Positions 29,353 to 39,720 are shown, counted from the stretch's first letter. The stretch: 64,000 nucleotides of DNA from Candidatus Ozemobacteraceae bacterium (GCA_965140445.1 OZ223236.1:1824001-1888000); one strand, 5' to 3'. Numbers and translations: made by a program. Notes: generated by a model from the letters alone, not told the origin.

Positions 29353-30122
29353 AAGTCCTACTTTTGGCCGGAGGATTCGGCACCAGATTGAGTGAAGATA
29401 CTGTAATAAAACCAAAACCAATGGTGGAAATTGGCGAAAGACCAATGCTCTGGCATATCATGAAAATATATAGTCATTATGGATTTAATGATTTTGTTAT
29501 TCTTCTTGGCTATAAGGGATACATGATTAAGGAGTACTTTGCTAATTACTTTCTCCATCAAAGCGATGTAACAATTGATTTACAGACAAACAGCATTGAA
29601 GTTCACAATAACGAATCGGAGCCTTGGAAGGTAACTTTGTTAGATACAGGTACAAATACCATGACAGGCGGCAGAATTAAACGAGCGCAAAAAACTGTTG
29701 GCAATGAGCCGTTTTTGCTTACATATGGCGATGGAGTTTCAGATATTAATATTAAGGAACTTGTTGAGTTTCACAAGAACCATAAAAAAGCACTGACAAT
29801 GTCCTCCGTTCAACCTGACGGAAGATTTGGAAGCGTTGAAATTGGTCCTAATGATAAAGTTGAGCAGTTTCTCGAGAAGCCAAAAGGAGATGGCAGTTGG
29901 ATAAACGGCGGCTTCTTCGTTTGTGAACCAAAAGTTTTTGATTACATACAAGAAGGCGATTCGACAATTTGGGAAAGATCCCCAATGGAAAAATTGGCTT
30001 CAGAAGGTGAAATATTTACCTACAAGCACAAGGGCTTCTGGAAATGTATGGACACCTTGAGTGATAAGAATGGCCTTGTAAACATGTGGGAATCTGGTAA
30101 AGCGAAATGGAAGGTTTGGTAA
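29349..30122 (+). CDS. rfbF: Glucose-1-phosphate cytidylyltransferase
   Basis: LAGGFGTRLSE, PKPMVEIG, TMTGGR, TYGDG, WINGGFF, FWKCMDT. Confidence 0.96.
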   Translation: MKVLLLAGGFGTRLSEDTVIKPKPMVEIGERPMLWHIMKIYSHYGFNDFVILLGYKGYMIKEYFANYFLHQSDVTIDLQTNSIEVHNNESEPWKVTLLDTGTNTMTGGRIKRAQKTVGNEPFLLTYGDGVSDINIKELVEFHKNHKKALTMSSVQPDGRFGSVEIGPNDKVEQFLEKPKGDGSWINGGFFVCEPKVFDYIQEGDSTIWERSPMEKLASEGEIFTYKHKGFWKCMDTLSDKNGLVNMWESGKAKWKVW

Positions 30123-30125
30123 TAA

Positions 30126-31223
30126 ATGTTTAAAAACGTATATGCAGGAAAAACGGTTCTAATAACTGGTCATACCGGATTTAAAGGCAGTTGGCTTACG
30201 GTATGGTTTTTAAAATTAGGAGCTAAGGTTATCGGGGTTTCAAACGGAATTCCTTCAAATCCTTCAATGTTTGAAGAACTCAAACTTGAAGAGAAAATTA
30301 CCCATTACTGCGAAGACGTAAGAAACCTTTCCGCTATAAAAAAAATCATTGAAACCGAAAAGCCAGATTTTATTTTCCACCTTGCTGCTCAGCCAATAGT
30401 TTCTGTTTCATATAGTGATCCGATTGAAACTATTTCTACCAATGCTATGGGAACAGCAAATGTTCTTGAAGCCTTGAGAATTTTAAATCCTGAATGCGTT
30501 GCAGTATTTATTACCAGTGATAAATGTTATGACAATGTTGAGTGGGTTTGGGGATACAAGGAAACTGACGGGGTTGGTGGTAAAGATATTTATAGCGGAT
30601 CAAAAGGGGCAGCTGAGCTCATTTTGAAATCTTATTTCCATTCCTTTTTTAACAATGAAAAGTGCAATGTGACTCTTGGAATTGGTCGCGCAGGAAATGT
30701 TATCGGAGGCGGTGATTGGGCCAAGGACAGAATTGTAGTAGATTGCATGAAGGCCTGGAGTGAGGGCGAGATTGTTGAAATTAGAAGTCCAAATGCCACC
30801 CGACCATGGCAACATGTTCTTGAGCCTTTGAGCGGCTATTTGCAGCTTGGGCAGGTTTTGAGTGAAAATAGAAAATTGCATGGCGAGGCTTTCAATTTTG
30901 GCCCAAAATCAGCGAAAAACCATACAGTTGCAGAACTTTTATCAGATCTTTGCAAACATTGGAATTATAAAAAGTCAACAGATGCTTACAAAGTAACTGA
31001 CAATATTCCTTTTCACGAAGCTGGTTTATTGAAGTTAAATTGTGATAAGGCATTATTCCATTTTCGCTGGCAGGCGAACCTCGAGTACGAAGAAACAATT
31101 AAATTTGTAAGCGAATGGTATTATGCTTTTTATAAAGAAAGCAAAAATATGTATGATTTTACCATGGATCAGGTTTCAGAGTATGAAAGTTCAGCTTCCC
31201 GCAGAGGCCTTTCATGGACTTAG
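30126..31223 (+). CDS. rfbG: CDP-glucose 4,6-dehydratase
   Basis: TGHTGFKGSWL, HLAAQP, TSDKCY, RAGNVIGGGDW, RPWQHVLEPL. Confidence 0.96.
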   Translation: MFKNVYAGKTVLITGHTGFKGSWLTVWFLKLGAKVIGVSNGIPSNPSMFEELKLEEKITHYCEDVRNLSAIKKIIETEKPDFIFHLAAQPIVSVSYSDPIETISTNAMGTANVLEALRILNPECVAVFITSDKCYDNVEWVWGYKETDGVGGKDIYSGSKGAAELILKSYFHSFFNNEKCNVTLGIGRAGNVIGGGDWAKDRIVVDCMKAWSEGEIVEIRSPNATRPWQHVLEPLSGYLQLGQVLSENRKLHGEAFNFGPKSAKNHTVAELLSDLCKHWNYKKSTDAYKVTDNIPFHEAGLLKLNCDKALFHFRWQANLEYEETIKFVSEWYYAFYKESKNMYDFTMDQVSEYESSASRRGLSWT

Positions 31224-31645
31224 CAATTAATGATGTGGTATTAACTCCACTTAAGCAGATTCCTCATCCCCAAGGCGATATTTTTCATGGAATGAAATCA
31301 TCAGATGAGACTTTTCAAGGATTTGGGGAAGCTTATTTTTCCTTTGTTAAAAAAGGGGCAAAGAAGGGGTGGAAAAAGCATTTCAGAATGACCCTAAATC
31401 TTGTTGTTCCAATTGGAGAAATTAAATTCTACATCTTTGATGACCGCCAGGATAGCTCCTCAAAAGGCAAAAAGATTGAAATTTCCATTACTCCAGATGG
31501 CAATTACCAGCGTTTAACTGTTCCTCCAGGTCTTTGGGTTGCGTTTGAAGGTCAGAGGGAGCAAAATATGTTGCTTAATCTGGCAAGTATGCCACATGAT
31601 CCAACGGAAAGTATTAATAAAACAGAGGATGAGTTGTTTTCATAA
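31214..31645 (+). CDS. Cupin NDP-4-keto-6-deoxyhexose epimerase (RfbC-like)
   Basis: GFGEAYFS, KGWKKH, NLVVPIGEI, RLTVPPGLW, HDP. Confidence 0.85.
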   Translation: MDLAINDVVLTPLKQIPHPQGDIFHGMKSSDETFQGFGEAYFSFVKKGAKKGWKKHFRMTLNLVVPIGEIKFYIFDDRQDSSSKGKKIEISITPDGNYQRLTVPPGLWVAFEGQREQNMLLNLASMPHDPTESINKTEDELFS

Positions 31646-31678
31646 ACATCTCAATCTTAAAAGTCAGCAAGGTAAAAT

Positions 31679-32788
31679 ATGGAAAAAATCAGACTATCTA
31701 AATCTTCCATCAGTAAATTGGAGTATGAAGGAGTCGCTAAAGTTCTTGAAAACGAATATCTTGGCATGGGCAACGATGTAAGGCTATTTGAAGAAGAAAT
31801 AAAGGCTTTTTTGAAAACTCCGTTGGAAGTCGTATGCGTAAATACAGGCACTTCAGCTTTGCACCTTTCATTATTATGTCTGGATATAGGTCCAGGTGAT
31901 GAAGTTCTTGTGCCATCTTTGACATATGTGGCGACTTTTCAGGCTATTTCTGGAACTGGCGCAACTCCAGTTCCTTGTGAAGTGAGTGAAGATAGTCTCT
32001 TTTTAGATTTAAATGATGCTAAAAATCGTTTAACAGCAAAAACCAGGGCTATTGTTCCTGTCCATTACGCAAGTAATTCGGCTCAGATGCCAGAAGTTCA
32101 TGAATTTGCCAGGGCTAATAGCTTAAGGGTTATAGAAGATGCAGCTCACTCTTTTGGTTGTACTCGTGATGGTAAACCTGTTGGGTATGAAGGTGATGTG
32201 CTTTGTTTTAGTTTTGATGGCATAAAAAATATCACTTCTGGCGAAGGTGGCGCTATTTTGTCTGGAGATGAAGAATTTCTTCAAAGAGCGAAAGATGCAC
32301 GACTTTTAAGCGTTGAAAAAGACACAGATAAAAGATATTCAGGGCAACGAAGCTGGGATTTTGATGTGAAATTTCAAGGTTTTAGATATCACATGAGTAA
32401 CATAATGGCTGCCATCGGAAGAGCCCAGCTGAGTCGTTTTGCAGATTTTAAAACGGTCAGGCAAAGAGTTGTTAGATACTATCTTGAAAATCTTAATATC
32501 AACGAAATAGAACTTTTAGATTTTGATTTTGATAATATTGTTTCTCATATTTTTGTTGTAAAGGCAAAAGACAGGGATAAACTAAGGGAATATCTTCTTG
32601 AAAATGGCGTTGAATGTGGCATTCATTATAAGCCGAATCATTTGCTTTCAAAATATAAAACATCCTATGGAATGCCTGTTACTGAAAGAGTTTATAACAG
32701 AATTTTAACCTTGCCTTGTCATGCAGATATTACTATTGAGCAGCAGGAACGAGTAGTTAAGGTAATAAGGGCTTTCTATGGCAGTTAA
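31679..32788 (+). CDS. DegT-family PLP sugar aminotransferase
   Basis: GTSALHL, DEVLVPSLTY, EDAAH, FSFDGIKNITSGEGG, GFRYHM, GIHY. Confidence 0.93.
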   Translation: MEKIRLSKSSISKLEYEGVAKVLENEYLGMGNDVRLFEEEIKAFLKTPLEVVCVNTGTSALHLSLLCLDIGPGDEVLVPSLTYVATFQAISGTGATPVPCEVSEDSLFLDLNDAKNRLTAKTRAIVPVHYASNSAQMPEVHEFARANSLRVIEDAAHSFGCTRDGKPVGYEGDVLCFSFDGIKNITSGEGGAILSGDEEFLQRAKDARLLSVEKDTDKRYSGQRSWDFDVKFQGFRYHMSNIMAAIGRAQLSRFADFKTVRQRVVRYYLENLNINEIELLDFDFDNIVSHIFVVKAKDRDKLREYLLENGVECGIHYKPNHLLSKYKTSYGMPVTERVYNRILTLPCHADITIEQQERVVKVIRAFYGS

Positions 32789-33692
32789 TCCACTAGTCTC
32801 CATTATCATTAATTGCTTTAACGGTGAGAAATTTCTTGAGAAAACAATTCAAACTGTTTTGGATCAAACGTATCAAAATTGGGAGTTAATCTTTTGGGAT
32901 AATCAATCAACTGATTTAACTGCCGAAATTGTAAAGTCTCACAACGATAAGAGAATCAAATATATTTTTGCTCCCAACCACACATCACTTGGGGAAGCTA
33001 GAAATTTCGCATTAAAGGAAATTTCTGGTGACTTGGTATCTTTTTTGGACAGCGATGATCTTTGGGATAAAAATAGGTTAAAGCTATCTGTAGAAGCCTT
33101 TTCTGAAGAAGATGTTGGCTTAGTTTATTCAAATGGTTGCAAGCTTTATGAAGATGGTTCCACAGAAATATTTCTTAAAAAAATACCAAAGCAGGGATAT
33201 GTTTTTGAGGAACTTGTGGGAAACTACACTATAATGCTTGGAGCGGCGATGGTTCGAAGGGCAGTTCTTGAAAAACTAGAATATTGGTTTGATAATAGAT
33301 ACAGCATGATCGAGGATTTTGATTTTTTCATCAGGATCGCAAAGATAACAAATGTTGCTTATGTTCCAGATTGCCTTTTTAAGTGGCGAGTTCACCCCGG
33401 AAGCTTGACTTGGAGCAAGTTTGGCATGTTTGAGGAAGAGCACAAGATTTTTCTTAAGGAATTTGTTGAAAAGAATCCTGAGTTGAAAAGTTCTTTCTGT
33501 GTAAAATGCCTTGAAGCAAGAATTGCTTATCATAATTTTGTGAACTTATGGAGAAAGGATGGTATTCCTAGAAGGAATATTATTAAGCCTTATCTAAAAT
33601 ACGACAAAAGACTGATTGGGATTTTCTTTCTTTCATTTTTAAGCTTAAGTTGGTTTGAAAAGGCTTTGAAATTTTTGGGTAAAAAAGGTTAA
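32778..33692 (+). CDS. Glycosyltransferase family 2
   Basis: PLVSIII..FN, DNQSTD, ARN, FLDSDD, EDFD. Confidence 0.92.
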   Translation: MAVNPLVSIIINCFNGEKFLEKTIQTVLDQTYQNWELIFWDNQSTDLTAEIVKSHNDKRIKYIFAPNHTSLGEARNFALKEISGDLVSFLDSDDLWDKNRLKLSVEAFSEEDVGLVYSNGCKLYEDGSTEIFLKKIPKQGYVFEELVGNYTIMLGAAMVRRAVLEKLEYWFDNRYSMIEDFDFFIRIAKITNVAYVPDCLFKWRVHPGSLTWSKFGMFEEEHKIFLKEFVEKNPELKSSFCVKCLEARIAYHNFVNLWRKDGIPRRNIIKPYLKYDKRLIGIFFLSFLSLSWFEKALKFLGKKG

Positions 33693-33694
33693 GT

Positions 33695-34834
33695 TTGCTT
33701 CGTTTTAAGAAGACCTCAATAGTATATGCTTTCTATCTCATAATTCTGTTCTTCAATATTATTACGAACAGGATTTCATCTGGCCTCGTTTACTTGACGG
33801 TCGGATCTTTTTTGGCTTTTCTCTTTTTTGATAATTTTGCCAGGGATAAAAAAGTAAAATTTAATTTCAAATACGGCTTATTCTGTTTGCTGGCTCTAGT
33901 TTTTTACAGCTATTCTCATTTTTATCAAAAAGGGACTTACCTATACAGTAATCTATATTTTTTGCAGTTTTTTGGATTTCAATTCGTTATGCTTTTTGTT
34001 CTTTTTAGTTCGACCAGTTTAAATAACTTTTTTAAAAAGCATTATGCCAGCCTTTTATCCTGGTATGTCGTGATAATTTTTGCGTCAATTTTTATTGATT
34101 ATTTGATAATAAAGTTAGGATTTCCATTAAGCCTTCAGCCGATGTACAGAGCCGAATTAGAAAGCTATATGGATCGACCATTTGGTCTTTTTGGGCAACC
34201 GAGTGTTAATAGTACTTTACTCGTATTTTTTTACTTGCTGGGATTATTTGAGGGGGCATTTTCAAAAACCACCAATAAATTCTTATTTGTTTTAGTTACT
34301 TTGGGAGTAGTTTTTCAAGGTTCTGGCAGCGGTTTTGTCTCTTATCTTTTTCTCTTAATTTGCTTGTGCTACCAAAAAATGATTTTGAGAGTTACTTTGA
34401 TTCCATTCGTTTCTGTTGCCATTGCTGTCGTTATTTCACAAAATTTGATTCAAAAAATTTCATGGAAATATATTTCATTCTTAATGGAATATTTTTGGGA
34501 TATTATTTTGCTTTCCCTTTCCAAATTTGAGTCCGTTATGGATTTATTATTTGGAATGGACGGCAATATCGATTTTCCAATCGACTTTGGGCCAATTTTT
34601 ATGATTGCTAAAGTTGGCTTATTTGCCTTTCTAATTTATTATTCGGTCTTTTTCTACTTGTTTTTCAAGATAAAGAATAGCTATTTCAGGTATGCTATTG
34701 TTGTTCTTTTTTTTGGGAACTTACATTACCCGGTAATGTTTTACCCTGCTATGAACTTTTTTTTACCATTGCTTATTTTTAAGTTGCTAAGTTCTGAACA
34801 CCAGTTAAAATTGAATCGAGAGAAGTCGAGTTAG
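33695..34834 (+). CDS. wzy: Polysaccharide polymerase (Wzy-like) membrane protein
   Basis: About 10 TM segments, RPFGLFGQPS loop motif, very AT-rich, located at the cassette end. Confidence 0.65.
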   Translation: MLRFKKTSIVYAFYLIILFFNIITNRISSGLVYLTVGSFLAFLFFDNFARDKKVKFNFKYGLFCLLALVFYSYSHFYQKGTYLYSNLYFLQFFGFQFVMLFVLFSSTSLNNFFKKHYASLLSWYVVIIFASIFIDYLIIKLGFPLSLQPMYRAELESYMDRPFGLFGQPSVNSTLLVFFYLLGLFEGAFSKTTNKFLFVLVTLGVVFQGSGSGFVSYLFLLICLCYQKMILRVTLIPFVSVAIAVVISQNLIQKISWKYISFLMEYFWDIILLSLSKFESVMDLLFGMDGNIDFPIDFGPIFMIAKVGLFAFLIYYSVFFYLFFKIKNSYFRYAIVVLFFGNLHYPVMFYPAMNFFLPLLIFKLLSSEHQLKLNREKSS

Positions 34835-35008
34835 TTGGCTTTTGCATGCGTTAATAGACTGGTTGAATGGGATTACTAGTTTTTTCATTAAAGCAAATGA
34901 ATCGTTTTTGCAGTTTTTTTGTAAAAATTATAGGAAAATGTTTGTTGATGAAATCACTAGGTTTAAGTAATATTACATTTCAGAAAAAGTTATTGTTAGG
35001 AGATATTT

Positions 35009-36328
35009 ATGAATGACCTATTTAAAGCACTAAAGGAAAGAACAGCTAAACTTGCAGTTGTTGGCTTAGGCTATGTAGGTCTTCCTCTTGCACACTCTTT
35101 TGCAAAGCACTTTGATGTCGTTGGTTTTGACGTTAATGCAGAAAAGGTTGCTTTAATGAAAAAGGGCATTGATCCAACTGGTGAAGTTCCGCCGGGTGGG
35201 CTGGATATGGTAAGTATAGATTTTACAACTGATCCAGAAAAGCTGAGAGATTGTCAGTTCGTTATAGTAGCCGTTCCAACTCCAGTAGATCGAAATAAGC
35301 GACCAGACCTTACTCCTCTGGTAAAATCTTCTACAACCGTTGGAAAACATCTTAGCAAATCTTCTATTGTGGTATTTGAGTCTACAGTTTATCCAGGAGT
35401 TACTGAGGATGAGTGTGTTCCATTATTGGAAAAATACTCTACTCTTGAATATATGAAGGATTTTAAAGTCGGCTATAGTCCTGAACGCATCAATCCTGGG
35501 GATCATGTTCATAGGTTGGAAACAATTATCAAAGTTGTTTCAGGGTGTGATAATGAAACCCTTGAATGTGTGGCGAACGTTTATGAAACAATTATTGAGG
35601 CTGGAGTTCATAGAGCGGCAAGCATCAAAGTTGCTGAGGCGGCAAAGGTAATTGAAAATACTCAGCGTGACGTTAACATTGCCCTCATGAATGAACTTTC
35701 AATTATTTTCCATAAACTTGGAATAGATACTTTGGAAGTGCTCAGAGCAGCTGGAACAAAGTGGAACTTTTTAAAATTCTTTCCTGGGCTTGTTGGTGGG
35801 CACTGCATAGGAGTTGATCCCTATTATCTTACGTATAAGGCAGAGGAAGTTGGGTATCATCCCGAAGTAATTCTTTCTGGAAGAAGAATAAACGACAATA
35901 TGGGAAAATTTGTTGCTGAGAACACTGTGAAAAAGCTTATTAAAGCTGGAAAAGCTGTGAAAGGTGCAAAGGTTCTCCTACTTGGATTAACTTTTAAGGA
36001 AAACGTGGGAGACATCAGAAATACCAAGGTTGTTGATATTATTTCTGAGTTGAATGATTATCAAGTTGAGACTTGTATATTTGATCCTTACGCGAGTGCA
36101 GAAGAGGTTAAACAAGAATATGGTCTGGACATCTTAGATAGCTTAGAAAACGCTCCAAAGGTCGATGCAGTAATTTTAGCTGTTTCGCATGAAAAATTTA
36201 AAGATCTTGATCTTAAAAAACTTGGAACTTTCTGTAAAAGTGGACAAGCGCCTATTTTGGTAGATATAAAAGGGGGCTTTGAGGCAAAAGATGCAGAAAA
36301 ACTTGGAATAAGATATTGGAGACTCTAA
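35009..36328 (+). CDS. UDP-N-acetylhexosamine 6-dehydrogenase (WbpO/TviB family), intact
   Basis: GLGYVGLP, AVPTP, ESTVYPG, SPERINPG, KVIENTQRD, GGHCIGVDP, FKEN..D.RN. Confidence 0.93.
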   Translation: MNDLFKALKERTAKLAVVGLGYVGLPLAHSFAKHFDVVGFDVNAEKVALMKKGIDPTGEVPPGGLDMVSIDFTTDPEKLRDCQFVIVAVPTPVDRNKRPDLTPLVKSSTTVGKHLSKSSIVVFESTVYPGVTEDECVPLLEKYSTLEYMKDFKVGYSPERINPGDHVHRLETIIKVVSGCDNETLECVANVYETIIEAGVHRAASIKVAEAAKVIENTQRDVNIALMNELSIIFHKLGIDTLEVLRAAGTKWNFLKFFPGLVGGHCIGVDPYYLTYKAEEVGYHPEVILSGRRINDNMGKFVAENTVKKLIKAGKAVKGAKVLLLGLTFKENVGDIRNTKVVDIISELNDYQVETCIFDPYASAEEVKQEYGLDILDSLENAPKVDAVILAVSHEKFKDLDLKKLGTFCKSGQAPILVDIKGGFEAKDAEKLGIRYWRL

Positions 36329-36358
36329 AATATTTAATTGTGGCTTTTTCAGAAAGAC

Positions 36359-38230
36359 CTATTTAAAGGTTTTTTTATACCATTTTTGGAAAACAAAAAT
36401 AGTCCAAAGTTTAAATCTGTGATCCTCTTTTTTGCTGACATGCTCTTCAAACAATCTATTCAGGAGCTCATGATTAAAAATCCCTTGTTTTTCCAAGGCT
36501 TTTTTATTGATAAGTTCTCTTAACTCTTCCTTTAACTCACCCCTAAACCAGCGATCTACAGGAAGGCCAAAACCTCTTTTTGAAAAATTAAAAACTTTTT
36601 CTGGTAAAAGATCTTTAAATGCTTCTTTTAAAATAACTTTTTTGTTTCTTTGGTCTATTTTAAAACTTGATGGTAGCCTCTGGGAAAATTCCACTACAGA
36701 GCTATCTAGAAATGGCACTCTTGCTTCAAGTGAAGTTTTCATACATGCCCTGTCAACTTTTGGTAACATGCAACCTTCAATTACAACTTTCAGATCTGTA
36801 TAAAGTTGTCTGTCAAGGTTGTTAGCTTCACTTAAGAAGTCGTAATGGGTTTTTACTTCATCTCGGATTTCTGGGGAGTAATCATTTATCAAAAGTTCTT
36901 TTCTTTCTAAATCATTAAAGCCCAGACTCATTAAATTGTATCCTATTGAAAAATTATCAAGGCTACTATTGTTAATAACCTTTTTGGCTTTGCGTAAAAT
37001 GATGTTTGTTAGGCTTGTATGCGGAGTTAATCTTACAACATGCTTTATTAAATTTTGAACCACCCTAGGTAAACTGCAATAAAGATTTTTGTAGTGAGGT
37101 GCAAGATACTTCTCATAGCCGCCAAATAGCTCATCAGCACAATCTCCTGTCAAGACAACCTTAACCTTTTCCCTGGCTAACTTGGCTACGAAATATGCAG
37201 AAATTGCTGAAGCGTCACCGAAAGGCTCATCATAATTCAGGATTACCTCATCAACTACATTTGCAGCTTCCTTGTAATCCAAAATGAAAAGTGAGTGGTC
37301 TGAGCCAATATGTTGGGCCACTAGCTCAGCTCTGTCGCTTTCGTCAAAATCTTTTTCTTTAAAGCCAATAGAAAATGTTTTTATGGGAGATGGTGAAAGC
37401 TTGCTCATTATGGCAGAAATTATACTTGAATCAATGCCCCCACTTAAAAATGTTCCAATTGGTACATCCGCAACCATTCGTGCTTTTACTGATTCAGTGA
37501 GAAGTTTCCTTATTTCTTGTTTTGCTTCTTCAAGATCAGTAATCATAGGCCTTGAGGGGGATATGGGGATCTCAAAATATGGTTTTTGCAAAGCATTTTC
37601 TGAGCTAATGTCAAGATAATGCCCGGGGAGTAGTTTGCAAACACCTTTGTAAATCGAATGTGGAGCTGGAATATATGTCATTGCGAAAAAGTAGTTCAAA
37701 CCCATTGGGCAAATTTGTTTAGATGGAATTTCGCTTTCCAGTGCCTTTAACTCAGATGCAAAAAGTATATCATTGCTGTTTTTATAAAAGTATAGGGGTT
37801 TTTCGCCAAACTTGTCCCTTCCTACGAACAATTTATCTAAATTCTTATCATAGAGGGCAAACGCAAACATTCCTTCAAGCTTTTGCAAAATGAAATCTAT
37901 CCCATATTCTTCATAGCCATGTACTATGACTTCGGTGTCAGAGTTTGTATAAAATTCATGTCCTTTATCCAATAGGTCAGACTTTAAAGACTGAAAGTTG
38001 TAAATTTCCCCGTTGAAAACAATAACAATGGTTTTGCTTTCATTAAATATTGGCTGATCACCACTTTCAAGGTCAATTATCGAGAGTCTTCGATGACCTA
38101 GTCCAACGTTTTTTTCTACAAAAAAACCTTCGGCGTCAGGACCTCTATTAATAAGTTTGTCAGACATTCTTTTTATCTGATCAAAACTTACATTGTCATT
38201 AAAAGAATATCTTCCTACAATTCCACACAT
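36359..38230 (-). CDS. asnB: Asparagine synthase-like glutamine amidotransferase (likely uronic-acid amidation)
   Basis: MCGI, RGPD, HRRLSIID, FNGEIYN, LSGGIDS, ADELFGGY, RVPFLD. Confidence 0.92.
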   Translation of the reverse strand: MCGIVGRYSFNDNVSFDQIKRMSDKLINRGPDAEGFFVEKNVGLGHRRLSIIDLESGDQPIFNESKTIVIVFNGEIYNFQSLKSDLLDKGHEFYTNSDTEVIVHGYEEYGIDFILQKLEGMFAFALYDKNLDKLFVGRDKFGEKPLYFYKNSNDILFASELKALESEIPSKQICPMGLNYFFAMTYIPAPHSIYKGVCKLLPGHYLDISSENALQKPYFEIPISPSRPMITDLEEAKQEIRKLLTESVKARMVADVPIGTFLSGGIDSSIISAIMSKLSPSPIKTFSIGFKEKDFDESDRAELVAQHIGSDHSLFILDYKEAANVVDEVILNYDEPFGDASAISAYFVAKLAREKVKVVLTGDCADELFGGYEKYLAPHYKNLYCSLPRVVQNLIKHVVRLTPHTSLTNIILRKAKKVINNSSLDNFSIGYNLMSLGFNDLERKELLINDYSPEIRDEVKTHYDFLSEANNLDRQLYTDLKVVIEGCMLPKVDRACMKTSLEARVPFLDSSVVEFSQRLPSSFKIDQRNKKVILKEAFKDLLPEKVFNFSKRGFGLPVDRWFRGELKEELRELINKKALEKQGIFNHELLNRLFEEHVSKKEDHRFKLWTIFVFQKWYKKTFK

Positions 38231-38513
38231 AAAAACCTAACCACTTAATTCATTTTGTACAATGTCTAAACCAGCAAAAATATAACACTTGCCTGTTTTT
38301 ATTACAACAAAATTTCTATTTTGAAACTCAAATGGAAATCAAATAAATGTCATTGGTTTTCAGCATTAATTCAGTAGCTTTTCGATCGAGATAGTTAAGG
38401 AAAGGGCAAAAATGTAAAAAAAATGCTTCTTTCCGCACAAAAATTTTTTCTAAATGAAACAATTGTGCTAGTATCTTAAAATCATCTAGATTGTTTTAAA
38501 TGAGCGCATCGAT

Positions 38514-39659
38514 TTGTTAGGGGGGGGGAGTTTGTCCAAAGGAAAAATTCTTTTTTTGGTAACTGAGGATTGGTATTTTTGTTCTCATAGACTACCTATC
38601 GCTCGTGCTGCAAAGAAAGAGGGATATGAAGTTGTTGTAGCGACAAGAGTACACACTCACGGTGAGTTTATTGAAAAAGAAGGATTTAAGCTAATTCCTT
38701 TGAAAAACTTTCAACGTGAGAGTATTAATCCTATTAAAGCATTTTTAGGCTTTTTGGAATTGGTAGCAATCTATAGATGTGAAAAACCAGACATTGTACA
38801 TCATGTTGCTTTAAAGCCTGTATTAATAGGGTCTTTTGCTGCGATGCTTTATCGAAAGGCAAAAGTGGTAAATGCCGTTGCTGGCCTTGGATTTATATTT
38901 TCCTCAGAACGTGTTAAGGCCAGGCTTCTTAGGCCTCTAATTACAACTGGATTATGGCTTTGCATGAAAAAGACCTCTGTTATTGTACAGAATCCAGATG
39001 ATGCTAAAATGCTTATTGAAAACTCTCTAATTTCAGCTGATCGAGTTTTTCTCATTCGCGGTTCCGGGGTTGATTTGGATAAATTTAAAGTTTTACCTGA
39101 GCCGGAATCAGCTGTTTTTACAATTGGCGTGGTAGCTAGAATGCTTTGGGACAAGGGAATTGCCGAATTTATTGATGCTGCTAAGTTACTGCATGAATCT
39201 GGAGAAAAGTTTGTTGCTTTACTCGCGGGCTATCCAGATCCAGCAAATCCAAACAGCATTCCTGTTGCTAAACTCGAGGAATGGAATACTTATCCGTATA
39301 TTAAATGCGTAGGTAAAATAGAGGATGTTCGAGAAATTTGGAAAGATTCACATATTTCTGTGCTTCCCTCCTATCGAGAAGGTTTGCCAAAAAGCTTACT
39401 TGAGTCTGCTGCCTGTGGTAGAGCCATTGTAACCACTGATGTTCCCGGTTGCAGAGAAATAGTTATAGATGGCGAAACTGGAATTCTAGTTCCTGCAAAA
39501 TCCGTTAAGGAATTGGCAGAGGCCATTTTAAAGCTAAAAAATAATCTTGAGTTAAGAAGAAAACTTGCCAGGCAGGTGAGGGAAAAGGTTGAAAGAGAAC
39601 TCAGCGTAAAAGTCGTCGTTAAATCAACTTTGGAGTTATACGATCGGCTTGTAAAGTAG
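38514..39659 (+). CDS. Glycosyltransferase family 4 (PglA/CapM-like)
   Basis: F.SHR, KP...G, GLG..F, QNPDD, GSGVD, RML.DKG, PSYREGLPK.LLE, TDVPGCRE; start ambiguous (TTG 38514 or 38532). Confidence 0.92.
   Translation: MLGGGSLSKGKILFLVTEDWYFCSHRLPIARAAKKEGYEVVVATRVHTHGEFIEKEGFKLIPLKNFQRESINPIKAFLGFLELVAIYRCEKPDIVHHVALKPVLIGSFAAMLYRKAKVVNAVAGLGFIFSSERVKARLLRPLITTGLWLCMKKTSVIVQNPDDAKMLIENSLISADRVFLIRGSGVDLDKFKVLPEPESAVFTIGVVARMLWDKGIAEFIDAAKLLHESGEKFVALLAGYPDPANPNSIPVAKLEEWNTYPYIKCVGKIEDVREIWKDSHISVLPSYREGLPKSLLESAACGRAIVTTDVPGCREIVIDGETGILVPAKSVKELAEAILKLKNNLELRRKLARQVREKVERELSVKVVVKSTLELYDRLVK
38520..38528 (+). repeat. G9 homopolymer at the GT4 translation start
   Basis: TTG TTA GGG GGG GGG AGT TTG in an otherwise AT-rich region. 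Confidence 0.9.
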
Positions 39660-39720
39660 AATGATTTCTGAGTAATTTCACCTATTTCTATAAGCGTAAA
39701 ATTAAGGTTTCATGTTTGGA

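Noticed and set aside
9937..34834. Prophage, integron or transposon as the vehicle for the cassette
   Set aside because: No integrase, transposase, tRNA target or terminal repeats seen
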